DNA of 64,000 nucleotides from NCBI GenBank assembly GCA_964610125.1, contig CAZSUV010000002.1, positions 120,940 to 184,939 on the forward strand, written 5' to 3'. The notes beneath the pieces were generated by a model. The model ran no database searches, had not been told where the DNA came from, and worked only from the letters and a program-made list of their open reading frames with translations. Made by a program: the position numbers and the translations under genes. The number at the start of each line of letters is the position of its first letter. Positions within the stretch are counted from its first letter, which is position 1. This document shows positions 17,780 through 27,279 of the stretch, in pieces. The stretch comes from an uncultured Candidatus Saccharibacteria bacterium (lineage in GTDB: Bacteria; Patescibacteriota; Dojkabacteria; SC72).

Positions 17780-18469
17780 CTACACTTTTTTGTATAGTTT
17801 GTCTAGTTTCGCTGTTATGACAAGCCTTTGTTCAGAAGTCCAAAGCGGTGTACATGTAATTAAGGTTAATCTGTAATCGTCTGTTTTCTGAAGAATGGAA
17901 ACGTCGTTGGGTTCGACTACTTGAATATCGGTAACAATGTATGTGTATGTACCTTCATCCTGATTTATCTTTATACTATCCCCAATCTTCACCTTATCCA
18001 GATTGAAGAATGTATTTTTCGCTGGAGGAAGATATTGGAATCTGTGTCCAATTACAACGACATTGCCCTTTTGACCTGGATACACTGAAGTTGGGAAATG
18101 CCAAAACCCTTCCATCATGGCGTGTGAGGTAGATCCTTCTGATATTCTCCCTGCTATGTTTGCAGTATCTATATTAAGGTTAGTATGCACTTCTTCCAGT
18201 ATCTTTCTATCTAGGATTAGACTTTCGTCTAGTGATTCTTCAATGGAGTCCGCTGCGAATACTTTGATTTGAAACTTCTCCAGTGTTGGAGAAATTCGAG
18301 AAAGAAAATCAATATATATATTCTTGGAAGTTCGATATGGGTTGAGATCTTGAATCATTAATGAAATCTTGTTGTATGAAGGATATATAAAAAGGAACCC
18401 CAAAAGTGTAATCACCAATAGTATGAGGAATACGGTTATACTTATTTTTGCAGTCCTATTTAATTGCAT
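17780..18469 (-). CDS. sortase-family transpeptidase
   Basis: It has an N-terminal transmembrane anchor, the catalytic His in 'VVIGHR', the catalytic Cys in 'LTLITCTP' (TLxTC) and a downstream Arg ('EQRLVITAKL'). Confidence 0.8.
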   Translation of the reverse strand: MQLNRTAKISITVFLILLVITLLGFLFIYPSYNKISLMIQDLNPYRTSKNIYIDFLSRISPTLEKFQIKVFAADSIEESLDESLILDRKILEEVHTNLNIDTANIAGRISEGSTSHAMMEGFWHFPTSVYPGQKGNVVVIGHRFQYLPPAKNTFFNLDKVKIGDSIKINQDEGTYTYIVTDIQVVEPNDVSILQKTDDYRLTLITCTPLWTSEQRLVITAKLDKLYKKV

Positions 18470-18564
18470 AATATGTATTTTACTATTTTTGGGCTACAGT
18501 TGCATTAATTATCAGTTTGTAATATTCTAAATATAGAAGTATATAATTTTAATATAGGCTTAGG

Positions 18565-19506
18565 ATGGCAAAAAACAAATCCAAATCTATAAATACTGCA
18601 CCCAAAGAAATTAGGAGGACAATTAAAAAAGAAGAATCCATGGTAGCTAAAGTTGAGGTAAAAACCCATAAAGATTCCGAAAAAGTTTCCCAAATAGTTG
18701 GCGCAATATTCATATTCTTAGGAGTATTGTTAGTAGCTTTAGGAGTATATTCGTTTGTAAAATATAGCTCTACTCCTGAACTGAAGGAATCGTTAGTATC
18801 TCCTTCTGTTTCTGAGATGGTAGCTGTTACCAAGGAAAGTGCAATTACTGTAAGTGGTAATGCAACCGGATATGACACAGTATATGTGTATGTTAATGGT
18901 GAGAAAGTAAAAGATGCAAAGGTTGGAACAAATGGTGATTTCAAAGCAGATATAACTCTAGAGAAGGAGGGGGAATATGATATTACTGTAGCTGGAGTTA
19001 AGGGCTTCCCAAAGCGATATGTCTCAGCTCAATCATTAGTGGAAAAGATCACAGTAGATAAAACTGCGCCTCTTTTAACAGAAATAACATATGCAAAAGA
19101 AGTTGGAACTCAAACATTTACTGTTACAGGTATTGTTGAAAAGGATGCGCAAGTAATTGTAAAGCGAGGAACTGACTATTACAGTGCAACATGTGATGCT
19201 GAGGGGAAATTTAAGATTGTAAGTATTGCATTGGATTCAGGATTAAATGTTTTCAATGTAGTAATTAAAGATATTGCAGGAAATGAATCTGTTATGGATT
19301 CTGAAATCAAAGTTACCTACTCTCCAGACAGTAGCGTTAATGGAGACGCTGTAAATGACAGTTCACTACCAGTTGCTGCAGGTGAATTTAGTAGAATGAC
19401 CGATTTCCTCTTTGGAAATAACTTGGTCATAGTCTTTGGAATATTAGCATTGCTCTCAGGTATTACTACAACCTCAGTGTTGTATGCAAAATCTAAGAGA
19501 GAATAA
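18565..19506 (+). CDS. Ig-like-domain surface protein with a C-terminal sorting-signal-like tail (candidate sortase substrate)
   Basis: It has an N-terminal signal anchor and beta-rich Ig-like repeats ('TVDKTAP', 'GTDYYSATCDAEGKFKI'). The C-terminus has 'LPVAAG', then a hydrophobic stretch 'LVIVFGILALLSGITTTSVLY', then a basic tail 'AKSKRE'. It is encoded divergently from the sortase gene. Confidence 0.6.
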   Translation: MAKNKSKSINTAPKEIRRTIKKEESMVAKVEVKTHKDSEKVSQIVGAIFIFLGVLLVALGVYSFVKYSSTPELKESLVSPSVSEMVAVTKESAITVSGNATGYDTVYVYVNGEKVKDAKVGTNGDFKADITLEKEGEYDITVAGVKGFPKRYVSAQSLVEKITVDKTAPLLTEITYAKEVGTQTFTVTGIVEKDAQVIVKRGTDYYSATCDAEGKFKIVSIALDSGLNVFNVVIKDIAGNESVMDSEIKVTYSPDSSVNGDAVNDSSLPVAAGEFSRMTDFLFGNNLVIVFGILALLSGITTTSVLYAKSKRE

Positions 19507-19528
19507 CCAAGATTAAATAGATTGTTTA

Positions 19529-19560
19529 AGGAGGGGGGCTTGTCTCCCCTCTTTTGTTTA
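19529..19560 (+). terminator. rho-independent terminator
   Basis: 'GGAGGGGGGcttgtcTCCCCTC' is a GC-rich stem-loop followed by 'TTTTGTTTA'. It lies 23 nt after the stop at 19506. Confidence 0.6.
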
Positions 19561-19600
19561 AAGCTGATATAATATGTGAAGTAAATTATTCATCATCATT

Positions 19601-20764
19601 ATGGGAAAAATATTTTCATTTAAAGATACTAGTAAAGAGATAAAAGAGGTTGAAAAAAGAAACTTAGAAGAACTTCGAGAAGCTGTAAAATATAGTGAGA
19701 AAGTTGAGAAACCAAAACCTGTAATTGTTGTTGAATTCTCATGGGGGCTTTTAGCCTTAGTGCTTTTAATCCTAGCGGTTATATTCTTTGGAAACCAACT
19801 AGTAAGTGTGGCCCTATTTCTTTTCTTAGGCTTTGTCTTTACATCTGCTGCAAGACCAGTGGTAAATTGGTTGATGTCCAAGAAGATCACAAAAGGTTGG
19901 GCAGTATTGATTACATACTTGGTAGCTATAATTCTTACTCTTTCTGTTCTTTCTGTTGTCATTATTCCTTTGGTAAGTCAGCTTACCGAACTAGTTAAAG
20001 TCTTCCCTGATTGGGTTGAAAAGGTTGTGGCAAACTTCAATGGTATAAAGTTTGGAAATATAAAGATTGATTCTGAAGAAATTACAAAATTTGTATCTAA
20101 TGGATTGCAATCTATCACCACAGGTGAGAGTTTGAAGAATGTTACTAATGCAGTATCTGGAGTATTTAGTACAACAGGTTTGTTTGTATCTTCTTTAATC
20201 CTTTCAATTTACTTAGTATTAGAGCATGACTCAATATTAGAATTTGGATTGATAAAAGTAGTATCTGATGAGAAGCGAGAGAGAATAAAAAAATTGGTAT
20301 TGGATGTTGAAGGCAAACTTGGAAGATGGATGCTCGGTCAGGCTACAATAAGTACAATTGCAGGAGTATTTGCTGGAATCTTACTTACAATATTTAAAGT
20401 TCCATTTGCTTTGCCTTTAGCTTTGTTAGTAGCATTACTTGATGCTGTCCCAGGGATTGGAGCTACCATTGCAGTAGCAATATGTGCTTTGATTGCACTC
20501 ATTACAGTAGGACTATGGCCTGCAGTAATATTGCTTGCAATATTCTTGGTATACCAGCAGGTTGAAAACAATTTCATTATTCCAAAGATAATGGGAAATG
20601 CTATTGGTCTCAAACCAGTAATAATTATGTTGGGTGTATTCATCTTCTTAATCCTCTTTGGAGTATTTGGAGCATTAATTGCAGTCCCATTCATGGTTAT
20701 ATTGCAAATATTCTATGAGTTCTATATCGACTTGCAAAAATTAAAAGCTAAAGGTATTGTTTAG
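19601..20764 (+). CDS. AI-2E family transporter (UPF0118/PerM/TqsA-like)
   Basis: It is a polytopic membrane protein with the family-typical 'LDAVPGIGATIAVAICALIALIT' segment. The protein is 387 aa. Confidence 0.75.
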   Translation: MGKIFSFKDTSKEIKEVEKRNLEELREAVKYSEKVEKPKPVIVVEFSWGLLALVLLILAVIFFGNQLVSVALFLFLGFVFTSAARPVVNWLMSKKITKGWAVLITYLVAIILTLSVLSVVIIPLVSQLTELVKVFPDWVEKVVANFNGIKFGNIKIDSEEITKFVSNGLQSITTGESLKNVTNAVSGVFSTTGLFVSSLILSIYLVLEHDSILEFGLIKVVSDEKRERIKKLVLDVEGKLGRWMLGQATISTIAGVFAGILLTIFKVPFALPLALLVALLDAVPGIGATIAVAICALIALITVGLWPAVILLAIFLVYQQVENNFIIPKIMGNAIGLKPVIIMLGVFIFLILFGVFGALIAVPFMVILQIFYEFYIDLQKLKAKGIV

Positions 20765-20797
20765 TATATATACCATTATTATTTAACTGCCCAGTAA

Positions 20798-23326
20798 ATG
20801 GAAAATTCAATACCAAGAAAGAACAATATATTCTTTTTTGAAGATTTCTCAGCTAAAGAATTGAATGAAAACAAGGTCGGTCGAAAAGGTCTTAGTCTTT
20901 TCAATCTTAAGGAGATGGATGTTCCAGTTCCTGAATTTTTTGTAGTTGCAAGTAATGTATATACTGAATTTTGTACCAAAGCATTAGGTGACAGAAAAGA
21001 AAAACTACTTGAAAAAGGTAAAAATCCCGAAAATGAAGAAGTACTTAAAGCTCTCTTAGAGGAAGAATTCTCAAAAGAAGTACAAGAAGATATTTTAAGT
21101 GCATATACTCGTCTTTCTGGTTTCTCAGATGCATGGGTGTCTGTACGATCTTCTGTAGTATTTCCTGCCAATGACAATATCTCCTTTAGTGGGATATTTA
21201 GTACAGAACTTAATGTTAGAAAATATGATGATCTAAAGAATGCAATCAAGAAGGTATATGGTTCTCTCTTCACTGATGATGTTGTGGCCTATGCAAACAA
21301 GATGGATATTGATCTTGCAGAGGTAAAGCTTGCTGTTGTTGTACAAAAGATGGTTCAAGCAGAGATATCAGGTGTGGTATTTACAGTAGATCCAATTACT
21401 CAAGACGAAACAAAGTTGGGTATTGAAGCAGTATATGGGCTTGGGGACGTCATATCTACTGGAGAAGTTACACCTGATTCATATCTTTTAAACAAGCGAG
21501 ATTTAGCTATTCTTGAAAAGCATATTGCTCCTCAAGAATGGATGAAGATTAGAACTATGAACCCTACAAGAGGGAGAAGAGGTAATGAGGAGAAGATTAA
21601 GATATCGGCAGGTTGGAGTCACAAACAGAAGTTAAATGACAAAGATATACAAGAGATCTCAAAGATTGCGTTGATCATAGAAAACAAATCTAGAATGCCA
21701 CAGAATATCGAATGGGTAATCTCTGGTGGTCGAGCTTGGGTATTACAGAACAAGTCCCTACTCTCTGACGTTATGCAATATCGTGTTAAGGTGGCTGAAA
21801 TGGAAATGCCAAGAAAATCTCTAAGAGATTTAGTCATAGCCTTCTTAGACAAATACAAGACCCAAGAGATGTTTGCTACTCAGGCTGTGAGTGATGCTCA
21901 GAGAATGGTAATGAAACAGAACAATGGACTTGGTGGAAAGATTGAGAGCTTGATTAATGCTGCAAAGACAAAACGAGAAGAGATTCAGAATGCACAGCAA
22001 TTAAGTAAGGAAGATCTTTTGGTATCCGGTATTGGTGCTAGCTTTGGAATCGTTGCAGGAAAAATAGCTGTAGTAGATCAACCTAATGGTAAGCTATATA
22101 CCAAGAATGATATCCTTTTGATAAAGAAATATTCAACTGAAATGGAATCCATGATTATTCCTTGTGGTGGTGTCATTATGGACTTTGGTGGTATTACAAG
22201 TGATACAGCTATTCTTTGTAGAGAGTTTAAGATCCCAGCTATTGTTGGTGCTACAAACGCTTCTACTCTACTTAAGGATGGTGATATGGTTAAAATTGAT
22301 GGAAATACAGGTAGTGTTTACAAAGATGTTGTAAAAGAAGAAGTACATCCTGTGGTTGAGACATATGGTGATGGTATCGACTTTATGAAAACTCAAGAAG
22401 AAGAGATTAAGGTTGAAGAACCCGCACTAAAGGTTGCTAAGGATACTACCCTACCTCCTTCTGCTACTAGAGTATTTAGTATGACCAACTTAGAGCCAGG
22501 CAAGTTAATAGACTTTGTTGGTAATGCTCATGGTTTGGTATATGTTGATTTAGATGAGATTATGCTTGATGAAGGTAGGCATCTTCTTGCATATGTTGAG
22601 GATCGTAAGTTCCTAGACTATGCTGCTAAGATCTCTGAGAGGGTTATAAAATATGTTGAATTAGCCGAAGGTAACGAAGTAGTTCTCTCCATTGGTTCTG
22701 CCACTATTGGTCAGTTTAAGAGTTTAACCAGAGGCAAGGAGTTTGAAGATCAGACATTGTCTAGTGAGATATATGGGGCTACACACTATGTAAATAACCT
22801 AGAATTACTAAAGAGAACTATTAAGATTGTTAAGAGGATTAGAAATATTTACAAGAAGAGGAATGTTTCGATTGCTCTCCACTCCCCTATGAATGAGGAT
22901 ATGATGAAAGAATTTAAGAAGCAGCTTTCGGGTGAGGGTTTGAGAAGAACTTCTTCCTTTAAGGTGTATGCAATATTGGATAACCCTTCTGAGATTATTC
23001 TTGCTGATGATATTCTTAATACCAAGATTGATGGTTTAATTCTTAATATTCCTCGTATTGCTAAACAGATGCAAGGGTTTAAGATTAGTGATGAGAATGC
23101 TAAGTATGATTTGAGTAGGAATAGTGTATTTAGAATTGTAGATAATGTTTTAGATATGGCTAAGGATCATGATAACAAGATTATATGTATTGTAGAGGAT
23201 TGTAAGCCATTATTAAGGCATTGTGTACAAGCAGGGGTATATGGTGTTTCTGTTTGTGCTGAGGATATTGCAGAGGCTAGAAAGGTTGTATCTGAGGAAG
23301 AAACGAAGTTGATATTGGGGAGATAA
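20798..23326 (+). CDS. phosphoenolpyruvate synthase (PpsA)-like three-domain protein with apparently degenerate catalytic motifs
   Basis: The N-terminal ATP-grasp region matches PpsA ('VGRKGLSLFNL...VPVPEFFVV', 'AWVSVRSSV', 'IEWVISGGRAWVLQNK'). The central swivel-domain motif is 'GGITSDTAILCREFKIPAIVGA' against PpsA '[22 protein letters not shown]', which puts Asp in the His position. In the C-terminal domain 'KVYAILDNPS...IDGLILNIPRIAK' aligns with PpsA 'KIIMMCEIPS...FDGFSIGSNDMTQ', which puts Leu in the Cys position. Confidence 0.7.
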   Translation: MENSIPRKNNIFFFEDFSAKELNENKVGRKGLSLFNLKEMDVPVPEFFVVASNVYTEFCTKALGDRKEKLLEKGKNPENEEVLKALLEEEFSKEVQEDILSAYTRLSGFSDAWVSVRSSVVFPANDNISFSGIFSTELNVRKYDDLKNAIKKVYGSLFTDDVVAYANKMDIDLAEVKLAVVVQKMVQAEISGVVFTVDPITQDETKLGIEAVYGLGDVISTGEVTPDSYLLNKRDLAILEKHIAPQEWMKIRTMNPTRGRRGNEEKIKISAGWSHKQKLNDKDIQEISKIALIIENKSRMPQNIEWVISGGRAWVLQNKSLLSDVMQYRVKVAEMEMPRKSLRDLVIAFLDKYKTQEMFATQAVSDAQRMVMKQNNGLGGKIESLINAAKTKREEIQNAQQLSKEDLLVSGIGASFGIVAGKIAVVDQPNGKLYTKNDILLIKKYSTEMESMIIPCGGVIMDFGGITSDTAILCREFKIPAIVGATNASTLLKDGDMVKIDGNTGSVYKDVVKEEVHPVVETYGDGIDFMKTQEEEIKVEEPALKVAKDTTLPPSATRVFSMTNLEPGKLIDFVGNAHGLVYVDLDEIMLDEGRHLLAYVEDRKFLDYAAKISERVIKYVELAEGNEVVLSIGSATIGQFKSLTRGKEFEDQTLSSEIYGATHYVNNLELLKRTIKIVKRIRNIYKKRNVSIALHSPMNEDMMKEFKKQLSGEGLRRTSSFKVYAILDNPSEIILADDILNTKIDGLILNIPRIAKQMQGFKISDENAKYDLSRNSVFRIVDNVLDMAKDHDNKIICIVEDCKPLLRHCVQAGVYGVSVCAEDIAEARKVVSEEETKLILGR

Positions 23327-23369
23327 CCCACACATTCAAATCCTTATTCGAAATTTTCACAAATGTTTT

Positions 23370-23399
23370 TTGTAAACATCTTTGTTCTGTCCTATAATG
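23370..23399 (+). promoter_or_regulatory. sigma70-type promoter TTGTAA-N18-TATAAT
   Basis: The sequence reads 'TTGTAAacatctttgttctgtccTATAAT'. It lies inside the ORF-track start of the next gene, which argues that the real start is the downstream Met at 23436. Confidence 0.45.
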
Positions 23400-23435
23400 T
23401 TAATTGGAAAAGGGTCTTTAAAAAAGGAAGAGATT

Positions 23436-23825
23436 ATGAATAAAAGATTTTTCAAAAGCCTTGGAAGAATAGCAAAAAAACAAACTAATACAAAAGTCAT
23501 GCACAAATATCTTGAGAAGATGAAAAATAAGTCCCCATTGCCATTAAATCAGGCATTCATTTTCTGGGGATTAACTCAGATTGGTTCGGAAGAGGAGCCA
23601 TGGAGTAGAGTCAAGATAATAAATTGGTTTGTCCCTGTGGATAAAACTCGAAAATGTACTCCAGCACAGGAAGAAATTTACAGAAGAATATTACATTCCT
23701 TTCCTCCCAATAAGGAGCTCAATGGAGATGTAAAAGAATATTTACAAGATATTCTCAATGAGGTTCCTCCGGGTATTACTTCTCTTTTAAGAGAAAAATT
23801 CAATACGATTTGTACTGAATTGTAA
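23436..23825 (+). CDS. hypothetical protein (129 aa)
   Basis: The start 'MNKRFFKSL' is preceded by the RBS 'AAGGAAG'. No motif is recognised. Confidence 0.45.
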   Translation: MNKRFFKSLGRIAKKQTNTKVMHKYLEKMKNKSPLPLNQAFIFWGLTQIGSEEEPWSRVKIINWFVPVDKTRKCTPAQEEIYRRILHSFPPNKELNGDVKEYLQDILNEVPPGITSLLREKFNTICTEL

Positions 23826-23951
23826 TATTAACCTTTTCCAACCACTGCCTAAAAAAGGGGTTCCCGTAAACATGTACTTAGTACACAGGAGCCCTTTTCT
23901 TAGCAATACCCATTTCTCTCATTATAGGTTTCTATGATATACTTTCCATAC

Positions 23952-26549
23952 ATGGAAGATACACCAATGATGAAACAATATATGGGTTTTAAGAAACAAT
24001 ACCCAGATAAAATACTACTCTACAGAATGGGAGATTTCTTCGAATCCTTTGGAGACGATGCCAAACTAACATCCAAAGTATTAAACATAACCCTAACCGC
24101 TAGAAACAAAGAAAACAACAACGTACCACTAGCAGGATTCCCACACAAAGCCATAGACCAATACCTACCCAAGTTAATAGCCGCAGGCTACTGTGTAGTA
24201 GTAGTAGACCAACTAGAAGACCCAAAGTTTGCAAAAGGAATAGTTAAACGAGGAGTAACAAGAATAGTAACACCCGGAACCCTAGACGGAGACGAAGCCA
24301 ATGCCGTAAAAAATTCCTACCTAGCAAGCTTCTACTTAGAAAAGAAAACCCTCTCAGTATCACTTTGTGATGTATCAACAGGAGAATCATTACTCATATC
24401 CGAGAAATATACAGAAAACAGTGTAAGCAATATCCTCTCATCATATTACCCAGAAGAGATATTAGTCATAGAAGGAGAAGACACCCTACTCTTCCCCAAC
24501 ACCCCAGTACACTTTGTAGAAAAAGGATTAAAGAACAAAGACTACGCAACAGAAATAGTAAAAGAATTCTACGGTATTAAAAATATGGAAAGCCTGGATA
24601 TATCTCAAGACAATGGAGATATCATAGCCGTAGGTATGGGATTACAGTACATCAAAGAAACCCAACTCATGGATCCAAAGCACATACTCAAACCCAAACG
24701 AGTAAATACAGACAGAACCATGATCCTCGACAGAGCAACCATTAGAAACCTAGAACTAGTAGCAAGTGCGTACAGTGGAAATATATCAGACTCACTCTTT
24801 GGAGTATTAGACAAGACTTCAACCAGAATGGGAAGAAGATTACTCTATTCATGGATATTAAATCCACTCATAGACAAGAAAAGCATAGATGAAAGATTAA
24901 ACATAGTAGAAAAGCTATACAACAAACAAGACTGCTTAACAGATATCAGAAGTAAATTAGAAAATATTAACGATATTGATCGAATAGTTGGAAAGATAGG
25001 GTTAAATCGAGCTAATGGAAGAGATTTCAATGCACTACAAGTATCATTAAAAAATGCATTAGAAATATCGGAAGTTTTAAAAAAGGAATTAGATATAGCA
25101 ACAGAAAATATTGATACTACAACGCTTGAAAAGTTAATTACACAGATTGAGGCAACCATTACAGATGATCCACCTACTACAATAACCGATGGTTGGATTA
25201 TAAAGACCGGCTTTAATCCAGAAGTAGATGAACTTAGATCCTTAAGCGGAGACAGCAAATCATGGTTAAAACAGTTTGAAGAAGATGAAAAAGCTAAAAC
25301 AGGGATCACATCATTAAAAATTAGCTTTAACAAAGTATTTGGATATTACATAGAGGTAACCAATTCTCACTTAACTAAAGTGCCAGAGAGATACATAAGA
25401 AAGCAAACCTTGGTAAATGCAGAGCGATTCATAACCGAAGAACTAAAAGCTAAGGAAGATATCATTCTTAATGCTCAAGAGAAGATTGGATCACTAGAAT
25501 ACAAGCTATTCTCTGAGTTTAGAGATACCTTCATTCCTCACCTTGAGACATTACATAAGGTAGCTACATTCATCGCAAATACAGATGTATTAGCAAACTT
25601 CGCATATATTGCATCTCAAAATGAATATGTAAAACCAAAGATATATGAGATTGGAGAGAAGAATGGGATTATTGATATCAAGAAAGGTCGTCACCCAATC
25701 GTTGAAAAGATATCTTCAGAAGAATTCATATCTAATGATACCCTCCTCAACTTTGAAGAATCCAATATGGCTATACTTACTGGGCCAAATATGTCAGGTA
25801 AATCTACATATATACGACAGGTAGCTACAATTGTATTGATGGCACAATTAGGAAGTTTTGTACCAGCATCAGAGGCTGAAATATCAATAGTGGATAGGAT
25901 ATTTACCAGAGTTGGAGCATCAGATGATCTATCAAGAGGAAGAAGTACTTTCATGGTAGAGATGGATGAGGCAGCAAATATAATTAACAATGCTACTAAG
26001 TATAGTTTGATTGTTCTTGATGAAGTTGGGCGTGGTACAAGCACCTATGATGGTGTGAGTATTGCATGGGCCATAGCTGAATACTTGGTTAATGAAAACA
26101 AGGCTCGTACCCTATTCGCTACCCACTATCATGAGCTTTTGAAATTAGCTGAAAAATTTCCAAACAGTGTTCAGAATTACAATGTATTAGTTGAGGAGGA
26201 TTTGGAAAAAGGTACGGTCATATTCCTTAGAAAGATTGTAAAAGGTGGAACTGACCGAAGCTATGGTATCTATGTCGCTAAGATGGCAGGACTTCCAATG
26301 AAGGTCATTAAGCGGGCAAATGAAATTCTTGAAGGTTTTGAGCAAAAAAACATGTTTGAATCAAAGAATGAGCTTAGGGATGTGGAAGCATTTGCATCAA
26401 AGAAACCATATGCACAAAATACTTTCCAAATGCCATTGTTTACAGCAAAAGATTCAGAAGTAGAACAAGAGATACAGAAGTTGAATTTGGATAATCTAAC
26501 TCCAATTGAGGCATTAAACAAGATAGCTGAATGGAAGAAAAAGATCTAA
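23952..26549 (+). CDS. mutS: DNA mismatch repair protein MutS
   Basis: 'TPMMKQYMGFKKQYPDKILLYRMGDFFE' matches the MutS N-terminus, 'GPNMSGKSTYIRQVA' is the Walker A motif and 'DEVGRGTSTYDGVSIAWA' is also present. The start is taken at 'MEDTPMM' rather than the ORF-track start at 23934. Confidence 0.9.
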   Translation: MEDTPMMKQYMGFKKQYPDKILLYRMGDFFESFGDDAKLTSKVLNITLTARNKENNNVPLAGFPHKAIDQYLPKLIAAGYCVVVVDQLEDPKFAKGIVKRGVTRIVTPGTLDGDEANAVKNSYLASFYLEKKTLSVSLCDVSTGESLLISEKYTENSVSNILSSYYPEEILVIEGEDTLLFPNTPVHFVEKGLKNKDYATEIVKEFYGIKNMESLDISQDNGDIIAVGMGLQYIKETQLMDPKHILKPKRVNTDRTMILDRATIRNLELVASAYSGNISDSLFGVLDKTSTRMGRRLLYSWILNPLIDKKSIDERLNIVEKLYNKQDCLTDIRSKLENINDIDRIVGKIGLNRANGRDFNALQVSLKNALEISEVLKKELDIATENIDTTTLEKLITQIEATITDDPPTTITDGWIIKTGFNPEVDELRSLSGDSKSWLKQFEEDEKAKTGITSLKISFNKVFGYYIEVTNSHLTKVPERYIRKQTLVNAERFITEELKAKEDIILNAQEKIGSLEYKLFSEFRDTFIPHLETLHKVATFIANTDVLANFAYIASQNEYVKPKIYEIGEKNGIIDIKKGRHPIVEKISSEEFISNDTLLNFEESNMAILTGPNMSGKSTYIRQVATIVLMAQLGSFVPASEAEISIVDRIFTRVGASDDLSRGRSTFMVEMDEAANIINNATKYSLIVLDEVGRGTSTYDGVSIAWAIAEYLVNENKARTLFATHYHELLKLAEKFPNSVQNYNVLVEEDLEKGTVIFLRKIVKGGTDRSYGIYVAKMAGLPMKVIKRANEILEGFEQKNMFESKNELRDVEAFASKKPYAQNTFQMPLFTAKDSEVEQEIQKLNLDNLTPIEALNKIAEWKKKI

Positions 26550-27244
26550 AGCACTAAGTAATACCCTACTCCATATCTATTCTTAATTATATCTAACCCA
26601 GTCGCGCATTTTACCTGTTTGTTTAATCTATGTATATTAGCGGAGATGCACGATTGAGAAATTGATCTTTCAAATATCATCTCTAAATATTTTTGAATCT
26701 TTGCAATATCACAGCAGCTATTTTGTTTAATTAAGAAATGTAAGATAACGATCCACACGGGATGCATATGGATCTTACAATGTTTGAAGATAATATAGTG
26801 AGATTGAGTATCCAATATTAATCCCTTGTGCGAAATTTTCTCTTGATGTGGTATTTGAAATTTAAATTCTTCAATATATTTTAGAACTGCAGGTAAAAGA
26901 TATTTTGTTGTAGCCATATCGACAATATATGTAAACCCCTTCTGAATATATTTTGTAAAGTAAACTTCGTCTAATCTGGGAACAATAATTAGTGTATATT
27001 GATTCATGCATAGCGACGTGAGAGTAGAAAGTAGCTGACAAGATAGTGCAACGTTTGTTGAAAAACAATATTCATCTATAATTATTAGGGTGAATCTTTG
27101 AGTTTGTAAATTTTGGATAGTGTCAGAAATATTTGAAACGAAGATGAGTGAGATATTAGGGTGAGAAGAGGATATTCGTCGGAGTTGTTCCTTGTAAGCG
27201 AAATTATTGGTTACGCAAAGAATTTTCTTCGTAGCTTCAATCAT
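26546..27244 (-). CDS. atypical OmpR/PhoB-family regulator (degenerate receiver plus winged-helix output)
   Basis: The C-terminus 'ISANIHRLNKQVK...IIKNRYGVGYYL' matches the trans_reg_C wing. The N-terminal receiver-like fold reads 'ILCVTNN' where the 'EDD' acidic pocket is expected. 'LIIIDEY' retains a candidate Asp. Confidence 0.55.
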   Translation of the reverse strand: MIEATKKILCVTNNFAYKEQLRRISSSHPNISLIFVSNISDTIQNLQTQRFTLIIIDEYCFSTNVALSCQLLSTLTSLCMNQYTLIIVPRLDEVYFTKYIQKGFTYIVDMATTKYLLPAVLKYIEEFKFQIPHQEKISHKGLILDTQSHYIIFKHCKIHMHPVWIVILHFLIKQNSCCDIAKIQKYLEMIFERSISQSCISANIHRLNKQVKCATGLDIIKNRYGVGYYLVL

Positions 27245-27279
27245 AGGTATATTCTATACCTGTGATTCTTACAAAAAAC

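Noticed and set aside
20779-21273. 164-aa minus-strand ORF overlapping the 5' end of the PpsA-like gene
   Set aside because: It is a low-complexity, Ser/Leu-rich translation lying entirely within a strongly supported plus-strand gene. It is a shadow ORF.
23826-23933. Palindrome TGTACTtAGTACA and an imperfect long-range stem after the 23436-23825 gene
   Set aside because: The arms are short (6 bp with a 1-nt centre), the stem is imperfect, and there is no T-run. This is not enough to call a terminator or operator.
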